Assembly (NCBI GenBank): GCA_030141605.1
Contig: JAQGDQ010000233.1
Coordinates: 283,829-347,828, forward strand
Direction: 5' to 3'
Source: Tubiluchus corallicola
Lineage: Eukaryota > Animalia > Priapulida
DNA: 64,000 bases
The translations under genes were made by a program, and so were the position numbers. Under the pieces are notes generated by a model. The model was not told the DNA's origin. It did no database searches and saw only the letters and a list, made by a program, of their open reading frames with translations. Shown in pieces: positions 26,977-41,700 of this stretch (positions are counted from its first letter, which is position 1; every line of letters begins with the position of its first letter).

Positions 26977-29900
26977 CATTCTATGAAAACGAAATTGCAG
27001 GCAGACGCAGTCCCTATTATGATAAATTAACTCATGTACCGAGAAATGATTAAAAATACGCAAAATAAATCTACTGTATATAACTAAAGCATTACGCCTG
27101 TGGGCATATGACATTCAGATTGTAAGGTATAACCCAAAGAGACTTCTGGTAGGTGTATGTAGTTGAGAGCCTTTCTATAAAGTCTTACGCTTATTCAATT
27201 ATTTATATGCTCTATAATACTCTATTATAAACAAATGAATTGCGAATATCGCAGAATTACTATCAAGACTCAGAAGACCCTCATACGGCGTCATTGGCGT
27301 AGTTTGTTACATCGTTAATTGTTATTTGTGTTATTGCTGTGTTTCATGATTTATTGTATTATTTGTATTAATTTTTGATGTGTATATGAACTTTGTGAAG
27401 TTTGAAATAAAATATTAAATATAAATCTAAAAATACGAGATACGCATTTATAGTAGAACACGGCAATAACACATAGAGCCTAATAATCATCCTCACACAT
27501 CTGCACATTTTTACTTGGCCTAACATTCTTAATTTTAACAAAAATATTTAAATTTTAGGTTCTTCAGACAGCCACATGTAAAACATCAGGTGTGTATCAT
27601 CTGGTAAAGAGAAACGTACAGTAGAGCAGTTAGTACATTACATATACTGACGACTTTAAGGTGGTACATCTTAAGGTGATACCACCTTAAGCCCCTAATG
27701 CATAAATCATCTGCTTTACTACACTAGACATAACAACCTCCTAAATTCAACTGAAATCCATGTAGACACGAGCTAGAGTATTACGTTGTAAAGCTTGAAA
27801 CACAGGGAATCCGCGATCAGAGCCTCCGGCTTTGTTATTTTTGGCAAAAAACGTTATTGACATGCGAAAAAACCAGAACGACAGGCCACAGAAACTAGCG
27901 TATGTTTGTACAACTGCAGCATGTCAAAAGAGTTGGAAAGGGGTGAAAATTGCTTGCAGAAATCTAGGCTGTCTTATCGGCAGATCAGAAAATGTCCAAA
28001 AAAATGCTCATTACAGAAAAAGAAAATTGTACAAGTGCATAGAAAACATGAATATGCGTCACAAGAACCAACTAACGGGTACGTCGGATAGGCCTATAAA
28101 TATCGACTAAGCTGATTTCAGTGTTGCCAAGGGCTGTTGATCACGGCCATGTTCATTAAATTTAATGCACCATCATACATAGTTGGATTTCGAAAGCGCC
28201 TAAATAGGATTTGGTTGGTAAAAAGAGGAAAGGGAGGGAAAGAAAGAAATGAAATGCAAAACAGTACAGGCAGGTGTTACGAGAAGCTAACGATGGCGGA
28301 TTTACGAGTAAAACTGTTTCTTCAATAGAAAATATTAGCCTTCAAAGTCGACCTGAGAAAAATATTTAATGCAATCTGGCTAATCCTCGAGTAATTCTGT
28401 GAAAATAGCAGTTCAGTAGTTTCCCACACAACTAATCCCAGGACAAATGTAATGAAGCTTTAATGTAATAATGTAATAAAGGGTGACTATAACATTACAT
28501 CATGCACCGTGTTTCTAGTCAGCCCTTACAAAAATGCCAATGGGCATGCAAGCATCCTTGGATAACTAGGACGCAGTCCGCAAACTTTTTATATTAATGC
28601 ACTGGGTTGAATACTACCTTTTATCAAAGGCTAATTTCAATGAAAAGGGTTAAGAGCTGAAAGAAATATTGAGCGGGAAAATTGTTTACAAGTCATTTTG
28701 GCTAGCCAGTGAATTCAGTGTGACCTTCAGGGAGAACAGATTATCTTGAGTGTTTTTCCAAACGTCCCAGTTTCTCAATATATTTGCGCTGCTAACAAAC
28801 AGCAAAAGAGTTGCAACAAAAGAAGCTCCTGTCAAGCGAAAGAGCGTGTTGTGAAATGGGTTTTGCTCAGAACAAAGAAGTCTCCTTTTTAACACCAGCA
28901 CCACTGTTGTTAGTGCATTGCCGGGTAGGTAATTTCAGTTGGCGGTTTGACATTCTGAATTCGACTTATTGTCTGTCGAGCTACAGCGGTGGACGAGGGC
29001 GGGAAACTTGACACCCTACAATTTCTTTTGGAGTGATTTTTATGGAGGCGTAGGAGTTATTATTATGTTAACTACTTCCATCATCTGTGAATATTAGCAG
29101 AAATTCAGAATTTAAAAATGTGTATGCCATTAATTTCCAAAAACAGATGCGTTATACCTAAAAGATTGCAGCTTACGATTTTGATAAAACATGACTTGAC
29201 TGGTCACACAAGTCACCGGTTATTAATGGTAAAAATTAATAGTCAGACGTTACAATGTAAATTGCGTACTGTAGAAGATAACACGAACATACTCACGATA
29301 AAAGCCAAAAGTGCGCAACTTACGAATGGCAGGTAATGGCACATAGCACAGTTTTGCCACGCACTGTTTAAAATGAAGTAAACAAACTTCATAGCATAAC
29401 TAAGTTTACCAGCAACCTTTGCATTGTGTAATAGTGCTACTGGATAAATGCTCGTGTAATTTTATATACATTTCGAATATGTAATTTTAGACGAAAAGGA
29501 AAATATATTGGCTATTTTTTTCTTAATTAGCATCTTTCAAATTGGCTATAATTGAGAAGCATGGGGAGATGCCAACCCACTAAGCTTTGTGTTGTTGTTT
29601 GTTACCCCGTCGAGACTATCCACCCACATCTGTAAGGTCAGCTCCTGGCTAACAGACAAATTGCCAATAATTACCGCTGGACAAGTGGTACCTTTATGCA
29701 GATCAACAACGAGCGCATGGCAACGCAACCGTTGCTCTACAATCAGTGACGGTAGGCCACTATTTGTGGGAGGGAATAGAGGCGTTGCCACATCATTACT
29801 TGGCAAGAAAGAATTCACCCAAATGAAAAAGATCGCATATGTCTCCTATTTTTTCTTTGCTAGTTTGCAAAAAATGCATGCGTGTCACGAGTTATAAAAC

Positions 29901-31602
29901 TGGCAGTTCGGGAGTGAGTTTTATCATTTCAGAACTTGGAAACTTTCAAAAGCAAAACCAGAACATGTTACCCACGGATGAATAAATTTTTTGTCATAAA
30001 AACGAATAGTTATACATTTTAGGACTGGTCATCCATTACAAAGGTGCTATATGTACACTAATGCAATCAATCGCAGTAAGTGAAAGGTGTGGAGGACTGC
30101 AGCAACGCTAGCCTTTTTGCACCTATTCTGCGAGAGAAAAAGCTGGCACTTTTGCTATAATGGGCCGCCAAAGGGTTTGGAAACACCTGTATGATTCTCA
30201 ATCATTTATTTTAGAGTGAAATCATTTTATTATATTATATTATTATTACTATTACTATTACTTATATTTGGCTACTATAGCTATAATATAATAACTTTGT
30301 TTTGTACTTCTGTACTTTGTTGTTATATTGCTGTATGTATGTCATTGTAAAGTAATGTACAGTATATGCCAATAAAATTTTATTATATTAGGCACTAACA
30401 TACAATAGCATACACACGACAATATACATTCAAAAGCACTACAACGAAGTGTTTTAACACACTACATAATAAAATCCTACACATCAATTTGAATTGCATA
30501 GATTAATAAAATCATAATCTATTACTTATAATTTTATGCTGTGGAAATAAAGAAATAAATCTTTATTTAAAAACTTCAGGCACACATAGAACTAAACCTT
30601 GGGTGTATCAGGCGGAAATAGTGATCAGCCATACAATAATAAGTTTTAGCTATTAGAAGCCTATTGCTAACTAACCTAACAACGAACTTATATGACACGG
30701 AAATCCGTATTTTATTCTTGGTTTCCGCGAATCAGCAATGGAGCGCTATGGTGACAGACACGAATAAATCAATTTGGGTAAGCAATAATAACGTGGTATG
30801 GCTTCATTCATTCACGCCACGTTAAAAACAGCATGAACGCATGGCTTCTTTACCACGCAGGCACAAAAACTGACAGGAGACCACAGTAATGGCTTCATTC
30901 GGTACAGTTTACTCAGTGATTTTATCATAGCTTTTCAGAATGTGCCATCAATCAATCCATCAGTCGCCTGACCCCATTATTCGCCTGTGGACAGATCAAT
31001 ACTCGCTTTCCGAATCCCCATCAGTTCTCGTTGGTAGAGTCTAGCCGCGAAAAGTGGGACTCGTAGCATCCCTGATTATCCAGACGCACAGCACAAGATG
31101 ACCAGTGGATAGCGGTTAGCCTGAGCGTGACCCCGTTACAGCAACAGTCTAGGAGGAGATCAATATTCATCAAGGCTGCTCGGCGTTGGTTGCTTGGTCA
31201 TTGGCAAGAGATCAATAAAATTTAACCCACATTGTACAGATGGAAAAAGGGGAAAAGTTTTTACATGCATAAACTGTAAAACTCTTTGCGTTTACACCGA
31301 GGTTTTTTATGTGACGACTAAATAGCTATTAAGAATATATATAAATATCACTGCTACTTTCAATTGAATAATTGTGATATTAAGTCAGTTTTATTTGGGG
31401 AGAAGTTACTTAAAGCACAAGAAAACACTTCACTTAATAAAGCTTAAATTCGTCTCGAAATTTTATACCACCTGTATACTACATTTCGTATGCATGGCTT
31501 GCATCGGCCGTAACGCTGTATAAAATTTGTAAATTTAAACTCCCGCGATGACCGTTAGCCGTAGCCATTTTAATGGTAGGTCGTTTGAAACAAGTTTTGA
31601 TA

Positions 31603-31780
31603 ACAATAAGTAAAGTTTGAAAAAATAATCAGAGCATTCGTAGCATGCATGTTGCTAATTAAGCAAAATTTCAAATTACTGTATCTTGTCAATAAAATTA
31701 AAAATACGTTTTTGGCTAGTAAGTGGCGCGCCCTGGAAGGTGAGTCAGCGACATTTTACCAGCTGGCACAAACATTTTAA
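31603..31780 (+). repeat. Dispersed repeat, copy 2
   Basis: Same-orientation match to 1-190. Confidence 0.8.
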
Positions 31781-33829
31781 ATTATTAGTCTAGTTACATA
31801 AGACTTTCCAGCAGGCAAGTGAAATGCTAAGTAATATAGATTTGCACGGAAAGTTTTTTCGGTCATAATTTAACATTGGCTTTTCTTCCCCTGATTTACG
31901 TGGCGTAGTGACGTCATGTAATGGCGCCGTCGGAACAGTATTGCGGGAGATTTAAAATGAAAATAAACGAAAATTCCTTTCAACGCGAATACGATATGCG
32001 CATAAAATTGCTGTAAAAGTAGTATAATTTTTAAGGCGATTTTTCTGAAACCTACTTCAGGTGCCCCTTTTCTTGTCCTTTAAGGCATAGAGGGGACAGA
32101 CAGAGGGAGAGTGCATTTCTCGCAACTTCCAGATATATGTAAACTTTCACAGTTTTAAGCGAATGCACACACGCGTAGCGTTAGATCTGTAATTCGTCGC
32201 ATTATGGTAAGTTTATGGTGACATAAATAGGACAAAACGACTCGCTGCTGTTTTTTACGACCGGATGACGGACGAAATGGCAGTGCGCGCACATACAAAT
32301 GGCGTCCGTTAATGTCCTATTCGGGAATTGAACTCAGAAAGGAAATCAAGTTTTCGTGAACATTAGGGCATCGTGTGGTAAATGAGCACAAGGACGTAAA
32401 AGTTTGTGTGTACATGACTACACAGCAGCTGCTACGTGCCTTTATCTAGGACGGGTCACTACCCTCAACCTTGTACAAATAAAAACGACTTTATCGGGTA
32501 CACTCAGTTGGCAAAATGACATTTTATATTCCATTACAATGGACGTTTTTTTCATTAGGAACCGATTCAAAGTTTGAAAACACAGGCATGCACTATGAAG
32601 TTGCGTATCAGCAGCATGTGCACAGTTGTGGGGGCAGTGTGTACAGTTAACTACATAGCTGAGAAAGAACTGCGGAATTCCAAACTGTTTCGCCTCTGCC
32701 AGTATTATTTAGACGAGTTTCAGCCTACACACGATGAATTCCTGTTGATTTTACCAAAGGCAGATGTTGTTTCGCAGCACGGTCGAGCCGACCCACAGGC
32801 ACAGCCCAGGGCAGGCCGTCTTCCGCTAACACAAACAAGCTTTATTGGTCATTTTTTCAAGAATATCTACAACAGATGTGCTGCTTACATTCCGCTTTTG
32901 TGACGGATATAGGCATTTGTTTTTGTTCAGTCATCAGCATGCAAGTTGCATTCCTCACAGGCTTACTTGAAATAAGTTATTTCATGGTTTTGCACGTATT
33001 TTTTTACAGGTAAACTGAGTATTGTCATTGAAGGCAAACCATTTCACCAAGCTTCTTATAGGCATGCAGTAAAATATTACATGTATTATATAAATATTTA
33101 TATAGAATAGACTAGATAACTGTACCTGTTGATTTATGACATGCAAGCGATATATAAGCATATATTTCGTGTGCACGGTGTCTTGTGTCCTTGTTGTACA
33201 CGGTGTGAATGTTGCGGCCTCGAGTTATTAGCTACTAATATATCAGACATTAGTTTTAATTCATGAAAGAGCCAGAATGCGTCATTGAAAATAGGTTATT
33301 ACAAAAGGTAATAAGAATTTTACAAGTCTGTTGATATATCTGAGAATAATAATTCTTACCTGATTAGATATTAGATAGGGGCTTAGTAAATGCGTGCTTG
33401 AACGAGTAACATGCCAACAATATACCTATAATAACGTGCGGGAGTTGGGCAAACTTAGGTACGATAATGGATTTATACATGTACTAAGAAGAGAACTTAA
33501 CATATTTATGGTTATATTAAACTTGGAACTGTAATAAAAAACGTAAGCCCCAAATCTGGAAACGCATGTCGCGGCTGGTGCAGTTGTATTTTTCGCCATA
33601 CGTGTGGACGAATTTGCCAATCAGCTTCCAAAAAACATCAAACGAAATTTTCTTCAGGACGAACGCTCATACACAAAATTTAGCTATGACGAACAAAATG
33701 AGTAAAGAAACGTATGTACGCCTTAATTAAAACTTTCACGAGTGCTGCTTGTGTCTTTTTTAAAATGATCGTAAGCATGTGCACACAAAATGTGTGCGCA
33801 AAAAATGGTAAGAAACTTAGCCACTAATA

Positions 33830-33876
33830 ACTTATTGAGCGGCGGCAAAGGACTTATTGAGCGGCGGCAAAGGACT
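33830..33876. repeat. Perfect 22-bp tandem duplication
   Basis: ACTTATTGAGCGGCGGCAAAGG x2. Confidence 0.9.
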
Positions 33877-36800
33877 CATAATGTTTTGCTGCGCAATAGC
33901 GAACGTGACGACCTCACGTAAAACATTTCGGAAAAAATATACCGGTAATTTCCCACAGCGGCTAAAAGATCTTGTGCAAAATACAGACTTAGCAAAAACT
34001 TATTACATGGTTACGGGCACCCTACATTAAGAAGATTGCAAACGTGTTTCATGATGCAAGTAAAATACCTATCATGTCTGACATTTTGCTTTGACGTTTG
34101 AAGCGCACTCTCGCCTGAAGGTCAATTTTGAAGTGGCAATGCAGTTATCGGTTTCATCCTGCAAACACTATATGTTTGCTGTGCACAATATAGTCATTAC
34201 TATTTTACTCCAAACAAGTAAACAATCGCGAGCCATCTGTATCGAAAAGCATTTATGAAGAGACTATTTATATAAGGCAGTTTGGAAGCTGTGTCCACAA
34301 AAAACAGTTAGCACGAAAAGAAGGGGAAGTACTTTGACTCAATACATTCTTAGAATCAATTCTTAGATTAGCATTCTTTGAATCAATCTTAGATTCAATA
34401 GTCTTTCGAAGGGGCCTTTGCTTCACTCTGTAATTTAAACAAAACAAGAGACGACGCTGGATATAAATTCATATCGTTATAATATACAGAGAACAATTTA
34501 AACATTTATAAAAAAAATAACAAGACAAACACGTATAAAAGTATGAGAGTACAGCTTATCTGAGAAAGTAAGTATAGTATATTCCAGCTATAGTTGCGTG
34601 CGTAAGTTATTATCTCCTACACACCTATTCTTATTTTTGATAGACAGTGGACGTTAATTTCGAGGGAGGAGAATTAATTCTCCTTCTGATATCCTGTTTC
34701 TCTCTGATAGGCATGCATGTCAGCCGCAAAAGCGGCAAAAACGTTCCAATACAAACTAGAATAACTAAAAAACATGAAAAGGTTCATACATTAATTGCCT
34801 TTGACATAAATCAAAATTTCCTGGGAAGCAGTGCCACAACAAGTATGTCATAAAAATGATCAGAGATTTTAAAAGATTGTCATTTCAAAATAAACTTCAA
34901 GTAGCACTAGTTAACACCATCCTATCGGTAATCGGTCTTCAACCCTTCATTTTTTTCCGTCCTACAATTTATTTCACAAACATTTATACCCCTGCGGAGT
35001 AAAGTGTTCAAGCAAAGCCATAATTTAGTGAAAGCATTTTCGTGTAAGGGTCGACTGCGGTTTTAATAGCACCCCAGAGAAACTAGCGGATAAGAAAAAG
35101 GAGGAAGAATCGTTTTTTGGACAAATGCTATGCTTATAAGGAGGCGTGGGACATAACACAGAGAAGGGTGAATGTTCCACAATCTCTCGAGGAAAACAGG
35201 TTTTCCGCTAAAGCTTTCCGCTTTAACCCCTGGCCTCTGACACGAAAAAAACGTGATTTTCTGGGCAATCGGTTTTTTCTAATGTATACATTTTAAAGGC
35301 ACTTAACGCATAATTTCTCCGCTGTTGTATGCAAGGCTAATTCATTCGACTTTATATTTCTCAAGCATAATAATGGCAGGACACATGACTATAGAATGGA
35401 CACAGAATGGGCTGCCACGACCAGCATCTTGAGGCCATGGCTGAAAACACTGAACTAGTTTGCCAATAATAATAACCTATCTGAGAATCTTATCTAACAC
35501 CTTATCTCGATCAAGCGACGTGTTGTCTTTCAACATAAGTCATTGACAACAAAGAAATTGTTTACGAACTTTGCAATTTCTCTGATTAATACGCCGTTAG
35601 CGGACGAGTCGAACACAATCTATCACCAGCCGAAGAGATTGCTGCCTGGCTTATTAGAATCTCTGGGTCTCATTACACTGGGTCTCATTACTTGTTGCCC
35701 ATTACTGTGATTGCTCATCTTAAAATAGTAAAAAACACAAAGACCTCGTAAGTCATAATGCAACAACATCTATGCATATGTAGATTCTTCATGGGCACGA
35801 TTCCAGTGTTCCTGAAGCTCTAAAATTAATGCTGATCATACATGTATTCAAGCAGATAATATACGTACAAAGACTAATTCATAACTGTTAGAAGATCACT
35901 AATATTCCCCCTAAAATGTTAGTAGTCCTCTAACATTTAAGATACAAGGCAAAGTAAAATTTTGAGGTCGTTTTCATTGTCTCTTTTTAACAGAATTAAT
36001 CCTCTCATATGGATTCCAAATTCCAGCAGGCTTGAATTATCATGGACAAACGGGCCATTCTATTATGGGTTATCATGTACAAGTTATACAGAGCCTCCTG
36101 CATACTGAAGCCATGTAACGGCAAGACGTGCACACATTCCAGCAGCAATTAGCAACAATGTCTTCGCAGTGCTACACAAGGCCACCTGATACCGGTTGCA
36201 GAGGTCATTGGTAAATCAACATAAGGCAAGAATGTTGAAACTCTGTACCAACCTATCACGATAGCGTTGCCTTGGTTCAAGTTTAAAATAACGTACAGAC
36301 ATGCTGAACTACGAATGATTTCAACTCGCCTTTTGAGCACGAGACAATTTAAGATATGTTAATTATATAAATTTCAGGCCATACACTTATTCACATTTCA
36401 TTGTCCTGAAAAAGGCCCTCATCCACATCGGGCTAGCTTGTCTAATTTAGTTTCATAGCTTTACCAAATAACAGAGTTTAATATACATATATATATTATA
36501 TATTTTATAATATATAATATATTAAGCATGTATATATATATTCCTTACTCATTAAGGATAATCAGTGTCAGTTTAAATGGTAGTAGTGTACAATAAAAAC
36601 CAATAGATATCTGCACATCGTTATAATTATATATTAGATTCAGCAGGAAAACATCGTTTTCACAGAACAATCTAAAAACCAGAAATACATACAATCCAAC
36701 AAACAGACGACAGTTAGTTTGCAAATATGAATTTTTTACCGCTTTGTCAAGTTACCAAGTCAACACGGCTTTTCCGGTAAAGACGGAAAGGCATTGTAGG

Positions 36801-38099
36801 CTATAGGTACATCTGTACAGCAGGATCGATTTACACCGCAGCGACCCTAGAAACCCTCCGCGTGCTTGCATTTGCATAAAAACATGGCGCCCATCTATGT
36901 ACACCGCAAGCAGGAATGCTTACTGGCAGCCGGCTGCATGTCTGACTACAGTCAACAACGTAGATTATGGCGAGCAAAAATACCACAGCTTTCCATTGCA
37001 GGTTGTTCCATTTACTTGTTCCTACGTCACTTCACGCCACATGGAAAGAGTTTGTGTCAAACAGTCAGCTAATTTCTGTAGGATTACTTCACTGAAGGTC
37101 ATGGTGAGAGACTGAGAGCTTACCCCACCAAGATATTATCCCAAGGCTCATCACACTGTCGTCACCGCCACTGCCATAATCACCTTCGATTAGGTTTATA
37201 CCATTAAGCTCAGCTGCTATGATCGTCGTCTTCCTTAATGCAGAGTGCTGGGCATTTCACTTGGGCTACATACTGGTTCAAATATAAGCTGATTAAACCC
37301 AGTTTGTGACTGATGGCGATTTCACATATATTTCATCATTTTTGTCTAAAGGTCGGAAATTTTACCTTTTATTCCATAACCACACTACATTTTAGCTTAC
37401 ACGCTACCTATTTTATCGAGCTAACCTCATACAATTAAATTAGTCAAGTGGAATAAAAGTTTTATTTTTTTGTCTCAGTCATTAAAGTCTTTAGCAACAC
37501 TTAGCACCAAAAAAATTGTCATTCCAGCCAGTGGTCAAGTCTTTTCCGCAAGCCATCTGCAGCCGCTGGCTACTAGCAAAATCGATACAACTCCAAGATT
37601 ATACTGTTGCTAGGTAAATAAACCAATCACCGCGTGTACACATGGAAAGTTCAAGCCAGGTCAAGTGGAAATGACCAACGGGTGGAGTTTAGTCTAGACA
37701 GATGGCCAGACATCAGTCAGACGTCCCATGCCACCCAGGCACAATGCCAATTAGCAGCAGCAATAATGGCTTTATCAGACTGGACTTGGTCAGCAAATAA
37801 CGCCCACGCGTTGTAGCCGTCGCAACAGTACGTTATTTTAATTAAAGTTAATGTAAAAATTTTAATTGTCAAAAATTAAGAGAACTTAAAAAGTATTCCA
37901 CAAGCGAAAATCGAAAGAAAGTTCTTAGTATGTGTGTGCCATGAGATGAAAAAAGAAAACAAAACACGAAATAATTACTAATTTTGATAATGGGAAACAA
38001 GGTATAATCATAAACAAAAGACAAAGACAAAAAACAACATTTACCTCATTTTAACAGACAACATTAGCACTAACGGATATTTAGCGACTTACAACAATA

Positions 38100-38236
38100 C
38101 AGGTAAGGACGCAACACACACTGAAATAACGAATAACATGTAGGGTATATGCCCTAGCGTATATACACTAGCAGCGACTAGTCTCGAACTCAAGACTGCG
38201 TGGTTGTTGACCGAAATCTAGGCCACTCGGCCACCC
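38100..38236 (-). mobile_element. Degenerate tRNA-derived SINE head
   Basis: Minus strand has A-box TGGCCGAGTGG and B-box-like GAGTTCGAGAC at tRNA-like spacing. No intact cloverleaf. Confidence 0.5.
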
Positions 38237-38568
38237 AACCCAATACACAAAATCACAGAACAGGGCAAATAATATGTGAACAATTAAGACAAAAAAAATC
38301 TCTTGACTTGAAATACGAGGTGAACTAAGTTAAAATTAAAACTGGTACTGATAACACTTTTTAAGTTAAACTGTTGCATTGCACTTAGGAAGAATAATAC
38401 AAAAGTTTTTTTAAATGGAAGCTTAATTGAATAGCAGTTTATTTATATTTAAATATGTATAAATACAGTAATAGATTAAGTTTAAATAAATTACATTTAG
38501 TATATAAATTTAAATATGTATATGTAAAGAGGACCACCAAGAGGTAAAGTTGAAACAACGTGAAACGC

Positions 38569-38771
38569 AAAACCCCACAATATCGTTTTATAAACAATAA
38601 ATAAACTATAACGTTTTTAAAACATGCTTGTTTTCCTCTTCAGATCACTAAGGCGTATAATATATATAAAGCAGATTATATTATTTTGCGACTTGAAGGG
38701 AGAACAAGCATGTTCTCAAAACTTTATAGGTCTCATAATAAAACTGTTTAAAATAAAGATGTAGGATTTTT
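38569..38771. mobile_element. Palindromic MITE relic
   Basis: The arm CTATAACGTTTTTAAAACATGCTTGTTTTCCTCTTC and its imperfect reverse complement surround a short AT-rich spacer. Confidence 0.6.
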
Positions 38772-41700
38772 CTTGAAAATCAGTTGATTTTTGACATAGA
38801 GAATTTTTAGCACTAAATTATTGTGTTGCTGATCAAACGAATAAATGTGCACAAACTTACAAATTTTAATGTCAAACTGCTTAGCAAAAGCACACGCACC
38901 CAAACGACAGCAAATACCGACAATTTAGAATCCAACTCTTACTATTTCATAAGTAATTTTTCGTGTACTTCAGTGAAAGTTAGTAGCATTTTTCACAGCC
39001 AACAGAATTAATACAATCGTTTCAGAAGATAAATTTTTGTAGGGTTTCCATACTATAGTTCCAAATCCCAAGCCTGTAAACATAGCACATTCTATAGCAC
39101 TAACTAATTAAATTGCTCGGATCCTAATAAGTTTTTCACAAAGTTGTTAATGCAGCAGTTAATGTTCGTAAATGCATTAATTCGACGTCTGAAATAAAAT
39201 GGAATCATCTGCGTGAGTGCAAGGGCACGTGCTACAATGCGTACACCCTGGCTGCTCTGCTGTTTTTTTTGCTATAATTTATTAACCTTATAATAAATTA
39301 GGATATAGCTATGTTAGTGATACGGTCGATCCAGAACAGTCGTTTAGCAGGGCCGTTGATGAGGTTCGGAGTTGTAACTTGTATAGCTTGTGCTTATATC
39401 CAACTTTGAAAATAAGTGGACAGGAGCACTCAACTAGCTTCGTTAATTAATTTTGGTATCACAAGTGTGTCAACTCTTCTAATGAAAAGCTAGGGGTGCC
39501 CCTAGCGTTCACTAACATAGTAATCGAGAATTCTACGCAGTTTTCACTTCCAGCATTTCTTTTTAAACACATTATCTAATCTCAAGGACTACAGAAAAGC
39601 ACGGTACAATGTTCAGTGCTGAGCAATTCACTGAATAACGCCATATCCTGTGCAGGCAAAACTTTCATTGATGACGTTATCCTGTCGTATAATAAACCAA
39701 TGCAGCTGATTTATGAAGTAATTTTCTTGTTTCCGTTCTAGTTTTTCATGGTTTCTACACCTTATCTTTAATTACAATACGTTGTAATATGGCAGGCAAG
39801 AAAAACTCTCAATAAATCAGCAGTATCAAACAAATAAACAAAATTTATAACAGCGCTGAAGATATGCAAACCGTGTTTAAAAGTTACATAATATATAATA
39901 CCTCCACACATGACCTAATCGAATTAGGAACTTTCTTTTTAATAAATTATTATTTTCAATCCAACACAACTAATTTGGGATGTAAGCTAAAAAGTCGAAA
40001 ACTGACAAAACCGGATTACCTCTTCTTATGCTTACAAAACAGCAGAATAATTTGGACCCCTTTCACAATAATACGCTTTTCAAATAAGCCAGCAATTCTG
40101 CTGACACAATGCCCACAATCTTTTCAGAATTTCCGTCCAATGCCCCTAAATGGAAAGTCCTTCCACACTTGTGATCATAACAGATTTTTGGTGAAAAGTA
40201 ATCACATTATACCTACATTCATATTTCTATAAAAGCAGGCAGGCAGCAGCTGGAGTCAAATTCACTATGCACGTGGGTCGTCATGATGTAACCTCATGCT
40301 TGCATGCAATGCAACACGCCTTGTAATTACCCCCGGCACCCTCGGGGGGCGCGCAGTAAACAACCAACCGGACGAAGATACTTCTATGCATTAGGTGAGT
40401 GAAGCGATAAAAAGTGTAGAAAAAATCAAAGCTCATTATATAGTCGCCCCAGGAGAAGTTTCTAAACGTTTAACATTATCCCCTTGCATGCTAAAGCATA
40501 ACGACTTCTAAGCGCACTGCGCCGTGCACGTTTTCTCGTAAGTTTCGGTCGTCATGGTAACGGAATTTCTGCGATTTAATTTGGGCAGTGGAAGACAGTT
40601 TAAGTGAAAGACACTGCCATTGATGAAGTTTGCATGAATAGAATGCGCGTTGTAAAACGTGCGCAGTATAAAGAAAAACTTCACTACGAGTCAGAATTTA
40701 TACACCGCAAAAATGCACATTATTACTACTTTCGGTCATAATGGCCCCATGAAGAAAACGTGGCATTCCAATGTTGCTAATTAAATTACGCCTATAACCT
40801 GTATAAGCTGTAAATAAGCTGTGCGCACATGCGTGCGGCACAGGCGGGGTGGCTTTCAGCAAACCTAACAAAGTAATTCCTACATAAATTTTATAAGTAG
40901 TCCATGTGGTATAATAAAGCATGAAATTACTCAAAATGAAATGGGAACGGACATGTGCACGAAATTAGCCGAATTGGTGGTAATTTCGGCATTACACAAC
41001 ATGCAGAACCGCAGAAAAGATGACCGATTGCAAGTAAGAAACTGCATGAATTGTCACAGGATGCAGGTGAATTACAGGTGCGGAGGTGCAAGAAGAATGT
41101 GAATTGTGATATTACGTATGTCGACAATTGACAAAACCACACTGATAACAATAAATTTTTAGGCTCTTAGAAATATCTTAGGAATATAGAGATCCGTCCA
41201 TAATTAGATTACTTAACCCAATTATTCCAATAAAACTAATGTTACTGATTATGTGCATTTCTGGGAATAAAACTAATCGTAACAATGATGCGACTACAGC
41301 TGTATAAAGCTGAATGTTTGGTTGCAAATCATAATTTTTGTACAGCGTTTATATTTTTTACGCGGGTTGACTCAGTGGCTGCCTATACTATGGATTATCA
41401 AGTAATTCATCTGCGTGAAGGCTAGGACGAGAGGTGAGGTTAAAAAACTTAATGAAGAGCACATGAAACCGGAATAACAGCAAGATGCCAACATTAAACA
41501 TGTTTCTCATATGTTGGCGATATGGTTTCGAATATTTTCATCTTCATAGACATACAACACAATAATTTACCTTGTAGAATATTTTACAACAACAGCAATA
41601 GTAACAGCGGCGACAATTACAACGAATACAACAACAACAACAACAACAATTTAACATTCCAAGGAAACCTCGTCCTTGACAAAGACGTCATTGACAAAGA

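Noticed and set aside
26725-27114. Poly-Y/C/V/A ORFs (similar poly-Q ORF at 46925-47134)
   Set aside because: Trinucleotide microsatellites.
28686-33176. Short intronic ORFs as a possible nested gene
   Set aside because: No recognisable domains or consistent exon chain; lengths are within random expectation.
38170-38236. Possible tRNA gene
   Set aside because: A/B boxes are present, but acceptor and anticodon stems do not pair and there is no poly-T terminator; treated as a SINE head.
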